Positions 10,536 to 20,000 of a DNA stretch of 20,000 bases are shown one piece after another. The notes beneath the pieces were generated by a model that was given only the letters and a program-made list of their open reading frames with translations, made no database searches and was not told the origin of the DNA. Position numbers and translations under genes: made by a program. This DNA comes from Xylographa opegraphella. Taxonomy: Eukaryota. How positions within the stretch are numbered: the stretch's first letter is position 1; every line of letters starts with the position of its first letter. Where the stretch lies: NCBI GenBank assembly GCA_022813865.1, contig JALDZX010000040.1:183882-203881 (forward strand), written 5' to 3'.

Positions 10536-12904
10536 CTAACGCATCACATAGACCTTCTCCCTAACCTCCCGCCTCAGGGGCGGCATCGGCGGCGGCGGCG
10601 GACGATCGTAGACGATTTCACGCTCGTAGATGCGCTCCTCGTCCCACGGCTCGGCCGCGAGCTGGCGGCGGGGACGCTCGGGCTCGGGCTCGGGCTCGTG
10701 CATGCGCTCCCACTCGATGGCGCGGATGCGGTCGCGGCGCTCGCGGCGGAGGTCCTCGGAGAGTTCGACGAGGCGGAGGACGTCTTCCTGCAGAGGGGGA
10801 AAGGGGGGAGTGGTTAGTCCGGGAGAGAGGGTCTGGAGAGGTGGGGAGTGGATAGGGGGGAAGAGGTAGGGGAAAGTGTAGTGAGGCAGGGAAGACTTAC
10901 ATAGCGCAGATACTCCATGACGTAGTAGAAGAACTCCGTCTCCTCGAAATCGTACCCCATACCCTCGATGGCCTCCTTGATGACGAGGTCCTTTGTGATT
11001 TCCGTCCACATGGCCTCCGTCTTCGGCTTCATCGCCACGAAGCGCCGGCCCTTGTCCAGCCCCCGCTCGGGCGTCCGCTCTTCCACCTGGCTGCCGTACC
11101 CGGCGCCGCCGTCGTCATCCACGATGAATTTGCTCCGCCGCACGCCGTTGTAGCGCTGCCACGTCACTTCCTGGCTGGCGCCGCCGACGCCGTTCATTTT
11201 CACGCGGTTGGTCCCGGGCGGAACGTCGACGATGGCCCAGTCTTTCGTGGCGCCGTTGTATGCTTCGCCGATGTAGGCGCGCTCCGCAGTCTTACGAGCG
11301 TAGAAGTCTTCTTCCGCAATGGGGTCGTAGCGGGAGCGGGTCTCCATGCTGGGGCTGCGGCGGCGAGGGGTACGGTTTTCGTAGGGGCGGTCGTTGGAGA
11401 CTTTGCGGCGGGTGTCGATGACGATATCATCGTCGTAGCGGCGGCCGTTGTGTTCGCTGCTATCGAGGTGAAATTAGTAGGAAGTACTGGAGGGTGGTAG
11501 GAATGGAAGCAGTGTAGACATACCGGCGTCGAATTTCGATCTCGTCATACGCACTCTTGGGAGACGGGGAACGTGAGGGCTCGCGTCTGATTGTTGGCGG
11601 AGGTGCAGGAGCAGGCATTGGAGCTCGGTTCTCAAATCCTGTAACCATTAGCAATATGCTTCTTAGGCGGTGTAGCTGAGCTGCATACCATGATCGATAT
11701 GGCGGTGATGCGTGATGATCTCTTGATGTATAGGTGGAGCACGAATAGGGATCGGTTCGGGTATTCGGATTGGTTCTGGTTCTGGCTCTGAAGGCTCTGA
11801 TTCCCTTTCGCGTTCTCCTCTTCGAATAATGATCTGCTCTGTTTCCCTACCACCGCCCCTCTCGTCTCGACGAATAGTGATATCTTCTTCCCTGAAGTCC
11901 CGCTCCCTAGATCTGGGTCGCTCTCGTGGCCGTTCTCGCTCATCCCTTCGTATGATGACCTCCTCTCTTTCGAAACTAGGCTCCCTCTTCGGTCGTAGTC
12001 GTTCGGTATCGCCTCGCCTTATGATAACCTCCTCCCGCTCGAAGCTCGATTCTCTCTTCGGTCGCGGCCGTTCAGGTTCCCCTCTTCGGATGGAAATAAT
12101 ATCATCTTCTCGGTATCCACGTTCCCGACCACCTTCACGTTCGTCTCGGCGAATGATGACCTCTTCCCTCTCGTAGCTCGGCTCCCTCGGTCTCGGCCGC
12201 TCTCTCGACTTGGACCTTTCGTCCCTCCGTATGATAAGCTCCTCTCTCTCGTACCCTCGATCCCGTGGCCGCTCCTCCTCGCGCTCGTCTCGCCGGATGA
12301 TGATTTCTTCTTTCTCGTAGCCCCTCGGCGGTTCACGTTCCTCTCTCCGTTCTTCCCGCTCATAGCTCTTCGCCCTCCTGCGAGGTGCGAAGACCCACTC
12401 TTCCTTTTCTCTGGCAATTGCGGGTGGGCTGCGTTCGCGTGGCTTGTAGATGAACTCTTCACGGATCTCCTCGTGCTGGACCGGCTCCCGTCTCTCCCGT
12501 CCGCCTTTCCGGATAATCACCTCTTCCTCCTTGAGGACCTCCCTTTCTCTTGGTGGTTCCCTTTCCCTCTCCCTCTCTCTCCCGCCTCCTCCCCTCTTCA
12601 AGATGATTTCTTCCTCTTCCACAAATTCTCGTCCCCCGCCATGTCTCCGCCGACCTCCTTTCCTACCCTTCTCCTCAATGATTTCTTCATCCCGTTCCCT
12701 CACCACCAACGGACCGGCCGAACTCCTCCCGTAGTCGTCCCGCAGGAATTCAGGCTCTCGTTCTCGACCTCCCCTACGTTCTCGAATATCGACCTCCTCA
12801 TACTCAGTGACCCTATTCCCACGACCACCAATCGAGGAAGCAGGGTAGTAATCGCGCTCACGAGACTCCTCGATGTACTCTGAGCGACTGCTGTGACGAG
12901 GCAT
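10536..12904 (-). CDS. Glu/Arg-rich repeat protein with conserved C-terminal DUF8035-like domain, 713 aa; exons 12904-11689, 11638-11524, 11459-10901, 10787-10536
   Basis: Introns 11688-11639 (GTATGC..GCTAAT..CAG), 11523-11460 (GTATGT..ACTAAT..TAG) and 10900-10788 (GTAAGT..ACTAAC..CAG) give 2142 nt in frame. Conserved-looking blocks: PPIHQEIITHHRHIDHG, GEAYNGATKDWAIVDVPPGT..WQRYNGVRRSKF, WTEITKDLVIKEAIEGMGYDFEETEFFYYVMEYLRYEDVLRLVELS. The domain name is from memory. Confidence 0.88.
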
Positions 12905-15114
12905 GGTTGGGTGAATTGGGAGCGTGCGTTTGCTATCGAAGCAGTAGTGCTGATCGAACTCGAAGTGCTAGTCAAGACGATGATAAACAGCTTGACGCTG
13001 ACCGGAAGGAAAGCAGTCCCAACCGTTTGATTTCAAGCCTTCGCCTCCACAGCTCAACCGTCGGAAAGGCGTTCAGGCACCAAAAGCAGGCAGGCGGCAG
13101 CCTCAGCCGAGCCTCAGTTCCGGAGCAGCAAGACCAGGCTGCGACGTCTTGACAACACTTCGCATTCACCACGACTTCAATCCTCAGCCAGAACGCTCGA
13201 ATGCTTCAGCCGTCAGGCCAGAGTCTTTCTCACACAATCGTAACGCGGAGGGGAACGGTGGCCTTTCGTCGAAAGTCGGCGGCAGTTTCGCAGGACCCGG
13301 GTTACCACTGAGGACGTGCAGAATGGTAATAGCTGTTGGCGTGGGGGAGAGGGGTCTGAGGCAAAGAAGGCCTTTTCGTCGCAGGCGCGAAAGGTGTGAC
13401 GGATTAATTCTCCCTATGCCTGTCTCGGACGAGTGTGTCGAGGTCGCAATCAGGCGATTCGTGGGCGGGCAAGCCCCAGCTGACGCAATCCTGCATGAAG
13501 CCGCTCGTGATGATTTGGTCGACTTTTCATGTGGGAACAACTTGAGGGAAAGAATTGGACATCTTCGAAGTCTACAAATGGAGCGACAGGGTGGTCACTT
13601 GGTCTTCACTCTTCACGATGGCACTTGATTCACATGTGGCCCACAGTTATAAATGCATCGGCGAGGGAGCGATGACGTTTGTGCGAAGGATATTCCACCT
13701 GAATAGGACACTGGAAGTGTTTACTAGGTAGATCAGGTATCTATGCAGATATTTACTCGATGCGTATCGTCTATGGCGTACGCGATTCGGAATTGACAAT
13801 GTACATCTCCAACAATGAACCGCCATACAATCATTCCAGGAGCGGTGGAGTGGAAGAGCGTGGCCTTCACATGGACTACAAAGTGAACTCGGCGACACAA
13901 AGATCCGGAATCGAACGATCCGACCTGGAGGTTCGTCCATGGGGCTTACATGTCGTGTTCACTAAAGACCACGAGGCATGGTTACTCTAGCATCTACAGC
14001 CAGAGCGGTACAGTGCCCGGGAGTGGCCCGAACTCGAAATCGCAGCATGCACAGCAGCATGGTGATCAGTTCATGTTATCCAAAGCAGGTATATTCCAGT
14101 ACTTTCGGTGCTAGTTGCAGTTGATGGATTTATTGACTGACTCATGGTATGTATAGTGGCTCTATCACATGCACATAAACCAAAGCGTTCACTGGATGAG
14201 AGAGCATGTTGAGGAAGTGGAACAAAACTGGCGGTGCTTTATCGATCATGGATGGGGAAGAAAGCCTCCTAGATAAGTTTGATGAAATTGGAATACCCGC
14301 CTCGTGGGTCCATCGGATCCGAAGGTCGTAATTCATGGTACCCAATGCTCATATCAAGAGTGGTAGCAAAAGCAATAGCATTAGCATGGCCAACGATAGT
14401 ACATGCACATCCAATCTCTCCTAGACGTGTTTCAATAATGCTGATTTTCTCATACCCAAGACAGAGAATGGTTGGCACCATTCATGACCCTTCCAACGCC
14501 CTGAGAATGCACACCAAATGCTGGCTAAGTCGCAAATCCTGCAGTGTAACCCCTATGATACTCGAAGACAATGCAGCTTGTAGTCCCTTCGTTGCACTCA
14601 TTAGACTGTCAGAGCAATGTGCAATGCAGTACCTATCCAAACAACAGGAATCTAGCCACCGAACTTAAAGACAGAACAAAGCAGGAAATATGGCCGATGT
14701 ACTCGAGAGCTGTGGAGGCCGGAACTGCCTCGGATGTCTTTCTGGCCTACCATCCCAGTAGTCATGGTATATGATCTCAAAGTCGACGACGGGTTTCAGG
14801 CAAAAACTTAGTGGACGTCTGCATGACTGCGACACGGCCTCACCCTTGGAGATATACAAGGATGTGGATGCATGTCCTGATTCATGAGCACGTACATTGG
14901 AAAATGCAACCAGCCGAACCATGGCCAAGCACAGGAAGCTGCCTCCGGCTGTGACATCAGGACTGGTAACGATCAAGGTAGGTTGAATTCCGTAAGCACA
15001 AACAGCGCTACTTCTTCGAGAAGTGACAGGGGATCAGACTCCACAGGCTTGCTTACATCCACGAGGATAGAGACAAGGAGCAATCGTAGAGTCATACTAC
15101 TGATATCATCTCTA

Positions 15115-16286
15115 TTATCTTCGACGTTGCCCTCCATAAGGATCTTGTGCAGGTCCTTGGCGTCCGCCGTAAGGATCTCGACTCTGGACCGAGTCATATG
15201 CAGATGGGTTTCCTCTATATGGAGCCGGATAACTTCCGGGTGGAGCGGGTTGGTAGGGACCATCATAACCATATCCGGCAGGGGGTTGCCGGTCGTCCAC
15301 AACATATCGAGGATCTTGTACAGATCCCGGGCTATAAGCATATCCAGCGGGTAATTCTCTACGACCCCGGGAGTCATGTGCGGGTCCTTGAATGTAATAG
15401 TCCTGAGGATAGCCTCCTTGATTTCCTGATTGCATTGGGGTTTCATAGACATAGCCTGGATATCTGGGATCGCCAGCCATGGGCGCATAAGGTCCAGCTG
15501 GTATAGAGCCCGACTGTGCTGTCATTGTATATGCTGGGAAGGTAGCAGAAGTCACATAGGTTGTTGCCGTTGATGGGTACCCGGAACTTGGACCGACCCC
15601 GTATGGAGTGCCTGCAGTCTGACCAGAACCTGGGGATGCATAATAATCGCTTGATGGCATACTTGACTCCAAGCGCCGCCTTGTTTGTGAATGCTCATAC
15701 GCTGGTTCTGAATGAGGGTTAGGTATGCTCTTCCGAATTACTTCTGTGTTTGGTGTACCTTGATAACCACGGTCCCGGAAATCACGCGTCTCGGATGAGT
15801 ATAGTCTTGAAGAAGCTCTCAAGTCATCAAGTTGTTCCTTAATATGCGTCAATTCTCGACACTGGACTGCACGATCGAATCAACCTACGGGAGTGAATGC
15901 ACGAACAGCTTTGACGAAGAAACCCGTTTTGTCCTGATCGAAGTTAGTACGATCCGACAACGATCGAGAGTAGATCGAACATGGTAGGTGCCAGGCCTCG
16001 AGGTTGCTTCAGGTCCAAGGTATTTGCAGATGTCCATTTGTAGGACTGCACGACTGATGCCTTGTCCATCAACGAAATATTCGTTGAGATCCCGTGCTGT
16101 TCTGTCCCGGGGAGTATCTCGAGATGGCTTCTCTGCAGGATAGGGATCACGGGGATCACGAGGATCACGAGGATCACGAGGATCACGACTGTAGTCTCGG
16201 CCTCCTGGATCGGCGTAGCGTTTCTCACCTCGGTCAGGTCGACGCTCAGGGCGGTCCGACCGATCAGCCTCTGGACGCCGATTCAT
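15115..16286 (-). CDS. RfeG-like fungal protein (putative transcription regulator), 357 aa, or 340 aa if the 15758-15708 intron is spliced; exons 16286-15981, 15933-15889, 15837-15115
   Basis: Introns 15980-15934 (GTTCGA..ACTAAC..CAG) and 15888-15838 (GTAGGT..TTGAC..AAG) join NEYFVDGQGISRAVLQMDICKYLGPEATSRPGTYH-DKTGFFVKAVRAFTP-EQLDDLRASS. This resembles the core of proteins annotated RfeG (NEYF..DGI.REVI..DICRYLG.DA..RPG). RD-rich N-terminus and Y/G/P-rich C-terminus. Confidence 0.82.
16144..16188 (-). repeat. 9-bp coding tandem repeat x5 encoding (RDP)5 in the RfeG-like protein
   Basis: + strand reads GGATCACGG followed by GGATCACGA x4. Confidence 0.93.
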
Positions 16287-16864
16287 TTCGACGGAGATTT
16301 AAGATTCGGAAGGGGAAATGGAAACCACGGAAGTCCAAATGGGAACAGAAATCACAGGCACGGCAGCAATATTTGTACGGGCCACTGAATGGTTTCGGAC
16401 TCCTCTCCAGAAGATAGGATCCAGAAGATGGGACGAGGCTGCGACAGGAGTTCCGAATGGAAATTGTTGTGTAGTCCTGGAATCAAGAACGAGGTTGGGT
16501 GGGGATTCTGCCTGATCAAGTAGCAAAAAGTAAGAACGGGGTCCGCGGGGATTTCTCGGCGGCTCCAGCGGTATTGCTCCCTTTGCTGATCAACTTGAGC
16601 TCCAAGACGAACGACGGGCTGGGATATCCTGATGGGAATGGTTCGTTGGGAAACGAAGGCGACGATAGTGCGAAATGCGTCTCGACGTGGATGGTGGTGA
16701 GAGGAGGGAAGAAAAACTGGGGGGCGAGGCGTGCTTCTTAACGCTTAATGGTGGAGTCGGGAAGGACGGTAAGCCGATGGGGACTAGCGGGCGACGCTGC
16801 TTTGTCACGTCTGGCGGGGCTTTTACCGGGCTTCGACTCGGCGCAATGCACGGGCTCGACCGCT

Positions 16865-16888
16865 GAATGAATGAATGAATGAAATGAA
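16865..16888. repeat. (GAAT)n microsatellite upstream of the RfeG-like gene
   Basis: gaatgaatgaatgaatgaaatgaa read directly. Confidence 0.8.
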
Positions 16889-17298
16889 GGGATCAAAAGA
16901 TGGAACTTGTCGTGCCAACCCAACACACGATGCTTGTGCCTGACCACTTATCCGGAATCCGACGCATCACGCACGATGACACGCCAGCTGCCTCTCTCTC
17001 GCCGCTACCATGATCGTCGAGGACCACGTCGACCTGCTTTTCTTATCACACTGCATCCCACCGTCCTTGGCGGCCTGGCCGTTTGCTGGGGGGTTGGGCA
17101 GCAATGCTTGTAGGGCAGCCACAGAAACAGCGCCGAACACTAAAGGCAGCAGGTGACGATCGCATCCGAGCTGGACGTCGGACCACACAAACGGCGGCGG
17201 AGCCTTGCGCGAGGGAACAAGCACATGCCCTGGGGTGCAACTCCCCACCCCAGCCTATATGAATTCCGCGATCCTCACACCGGACCTGCAGCCTCGTG

Positions 17299-18942
17299 CT
17301 ATCGATACCTGTCCATTGCGTGCTCCTCCTCGAACCGTCTTTCCACCAGCCCGACAACCTCAGCCTCGTAGACATCCTCCGGCGTCGCTCCATCCACTAA
17401 CACTCTCTTCTCGTGGACTGCAGCCTCTTCCTTCGTCATGCAGACTAAATCCGACAACTGCAGCCGTGAGAATTTCTGCCCCTTCCACCGCACGTCTGCT
17501 CGGTAGCCGTCTCTCGAGGGCCTCCAGCGGATCAATGCCAACCGGGTAGGCAAACCGCTGAGCACGCTTTTCCCGCGGAATACCTCTTCGATCAGATAGG
17601 CGACGTCGTCCTTCGATACCGCTATCTTGAAGCCTTGCACGTCGCCTCCGTCCACTCTCGCCAGCCTCACCTCGACCGCTTGTAGACCTTGCAGGACACT
17701 CTCGTATAGCTTGTCCCGGCCCGTTCGGCCGCCGCTTTCGTGTGGATACCCACTCAGCTCCATGATCACGAAGTTGGCGACAACATAACCGAACACCGCC
17801 GGCATCGTGCCAAGGACAGGTAATATTCGAGCTCGGAAGTCTGGTAGCACACTTAATTCGCCGACGCCGCCCTTTCGAAACTCATCTTCCGGCAGTGGAA
17901 GTAGCTCGGCCTTTCCGAGGCCCGCCTTTTCGATCGAGTATGCTACAGGAATCCCTTCGGAGATGCCTAGCATGCGTAGTCTTCGTCTTGTAGTCCTCGA
18001 CAGTGGATCTTCGATGCTTCCACTAATATCCCCCACGTAGACCCTTGTGGGATCACTCTTGCAGCCAGCACCCATCGAACTAATGACCTTGATGCCATGG
18101 TCGTAACAGTATCTTAGCAACGTCACTTTGCTGTCGATGTTGTCGATTGCGTCCACAACATAATCAGGCTTCCTTCCCTCGTCTCCGTTCCAGCTTGCAA
18201 GTAGCCTATCAGCACCGTCTTCGCCCCATATTTCGTTGAAGCACTCCCAATGCACCCACGGGGTCACTGCTTCCAGTCGCCTCCGTACACATGTCACTTT
18301 TGAGGTTCCCACATCGGCAAGGGTTGCAACGGCGTTTCGATTTAGTGAGGACAGGGTAACTTGGTCAAAGTCGATGATGCGTATGTGAGACACGCCCGAT
18401 CGAGCAAGAGCAGCCGTGCAATGGGAGCCCACGCCTCCCAGGCCGACAATAACGACAAAGCTCGATCTCAAGGCAGAAAGACCTTCGGGTCTGAGGAAAG
18501 AGGCGGTGCGGGTCAACTGTTCCTGGATGAGCTCTACATTCGGTTCTTGTCAATAGTGTTTTTGGCTGACCGTGGTGCTGCTTTTGTACCTTCACCGTAA
18601 TCTCCTTGTTGTGCTCGACGCGCTAACGCTGCAGCTCGTTCGTCCTCACGGCTGGAGAGTGGTTGAACGGAATTGGTAGCAAAGTTTGGTACCTTCACTG
18701 GGATGGTCAGAGAGAGATGCTTGTCTGATTAGGTTTTAGTTTCGGACGCAAGAACTTACCGTATTCGCATCGTGCGGTTCGTCGACATTGGGTATTGAAG
18801 CTTTTAATTCATCCACAGCTACCTGGCGTCTAACAGCTTGCACCCCAAGCACCACTCCGATAACAGTGATCCCAGAAAGGATTGCAGTTGCAATCAGCTG
18901 GGTCTGATGGGACGAACCCTGACGCTCAAGCCAAGTGGTCAT
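17299..18942 (-). CDS. ThiF/E1-like tRNA threonylcarbamoyladenosine dehydratase (yeast Tcd1/Tcd2, bacterial TcdA family), 506 aa; exons 18942-18760, 18692-18590, 18533-17299
   Basis: Introns 18759-18693 (GTAAGT..CTGAC..AAG) and 18589-18534 (GTACAA..TTGAC..TAG) give 1521 nt in frame. N-terminal hydrophobic anchor, GDYGEELIQEQL, Rossmann VVIVGLGGVGS, IIDFDQVTLSSLNR, YVVDAIDNIDSK, SSMGAGCKSDPTR, RILPVLGTMP. TCD1 versus TCD2 cannot be resolved. Confidence 0.93.
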
Positions 18943-19261
18943 CTATGGACTTTAGCAAGCCTACCCGCAATAGAAACTCTGGGTCGATAACCCGTGCTAG
19001 CTTCGCAGCATTGCGCTATAAAGGAGTGAGCAACAGGTACTTCTTCCGTCGGCGCCTTTTGATGTAGCTGTGTGCTGTGAAAGGTGAAGAGCACGCTTTT
19101 GCCGGTGTGCCTCGGCCCGATAGAAAATCCGGTATTCACTTTATTATGTCTTCGGCTTGCCTCGGATGCACAGACCCCCTAGCTGGAACGAGGCCTGCTA
19201 GTGTAGGATTAAAGGCCAAGACCCCAGTAATTGCACCGTTCCGCCAGGGAGTCTAGGGGCG

Positions 19262-19940
19262 TTTTATAGAATAAAGGTAGCAAGTACGTAATAAATTTTA
19301 AAAGACGTTTTTAAAAATACTTCGTACGTAAACATAAAATACCTACGAAATAATTAAAAATTCATTATCGAATAATTAAAAATATTAAACAAGTTGATTA
19401 TATTATATTATATATTGAAACTAATCACTAGGCACAGGTAATGGCAGCAGGTAACAGTGCATTGCTTAATCACTAAGAAGGTGAAGAGTTCTTCTGGAGA
19501 CGGGGCTCCANNNNNNNNNNNNNNNNNNNNNACTAAGCTAGGCCTAATCGGCTATAGTAAAGGACCAACAACACAGACTGCTAACGCCCTGATTTTCAAC
19601 AACAATTAAATTATTACATTTAATTATAACGCGTTTAATAGCGGCTGCTTATTTTTAATAAATATCAATTTTCCAGAGTTTTTATACGCGTTTAATAATG
19701 TTAAATAACTTTTTTATACTATTTAAATATAAATTTAATTAAAGAAATTTATATTTATATTTTTTTAATTCGATGTTCGTAATTAACTTAAATTTTATGT
19801 CATTATTTTTTTTACTATTTATTTATTATTACAAAATTCGACGCTCGAAAATAAAATAGTATCGAAATTAAATTAATTATTAAAACATTCGTTTTTATAA
19901 TTATTAACTATAATCGTTTGCGATTAATTTAAAGAATTAT
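19262..19940. mobile_element. AT-rich, probably RIP-degraded repeat/transposon relic
   Basis: Abrupt switch to very AT-rich DNA about 320 bp upstream of the TCD start. TpA is abundant, CpA/TpG are scarce and many surviving C/G are in CpG (acgcgt, tcga, tacgta). The family cannot be identified. Confidence 0.7.
19511..19531. other. Assembly gap (21 N)
   Basis: Run of N in the sequence. Confidence 1.
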
Positions 19941-20000
19941 TGTTACGGCTCGCTATCTCACCAGAAAGGCAGGCCTAGAACCTCAGCTATAGGTGAGCGA
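19941..20000. mobile_element. Probable terminus of an LTR (Ty3/gypsy-like), truncated by the window edge
   Basis: Begins TGTTACGG, a typical fungal gypsy LTR terminus, exactly where composition changes from AT-rich to balanced. Only 60 bp are visible. Confidence 0.5.

Noticed and set aside
12997..13020. CCGGAAGGAAAGCAG (and CCGAAAGGAAGC near 2980) resembling SRP RNA helix 8
   Set aside because: The conserved 5' AGG of the symmetric loop and the surrounding long helices are absent.
14380..14391. ATTAGCATGGCC match to U6 snRNA
   Set aside because: Only 12 nt; no correctly placed ACAGAGA box or downstream U6 stem.
13149..14976. Several 65-160 aa ORFs in the 2.2-kb interval between the DUF8035-like and RfeG-like genes
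   Set aside because: No motifs, coherent splice structure or clear coding bias; treated as UTR/regulatory DNA, though a small orphan gene cannot be excluded.
14973..15488. 171-aa alternative-frame ORF overlapping the RfeG-like C-terminus
   Set aside because: Best explained as a shadow frame of a low-complexity coding region; no frameshift signal or domain seen.
19176..19259. CCCCTAG...CTAGGGG inverted pair as a MITE or Helitron end
   Set aside because: Only 7 bp of perfect complementarity, no TSD and no proper subterminal hairpin.

Overview
Eukaryotic window from a filamentous ascomycete (Pezizomycotina-type gene structure: 46-113 nt GT..AG introns with CTRAY-type branch points). Six intron-containing genes were rebuilt by hand: a MARVEL-type membrane protein (-, 3746-4337), the Smc5/6 kleisin Nse4 (-, 5073-6677) head-to-head with PI3-kinase Vps34 (+, 6946-9928), an E/R-rich repeat protein with a DUF8035-like C-terminus (-, 10536-12904), an RfeG-like protein (-, 15115-16286) and a Tcd1/Tcd2-type ThiF-family tRNA ct6A dehydratase (-, 17299-18942). 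The left ~2.9 kb is gene-free, purine-rich on +, and carries three different repeat arrays followed by a double hairpin. The right end is AT-rich with a RIP-like signature, an assembly gap and probable LTR termini. The most notable observations are the layered repeat block at the left, a GC-rich island centred on the convergent Vps34/DUF8035 3' ends, frequent AAG splice acceptors (one competing with a stop-generating CAG), a hidden in-frame intron and loss of the C-terminal Vps34 tryptophan. I cannot claim a clearly novel multi-gene system from sequence alone.
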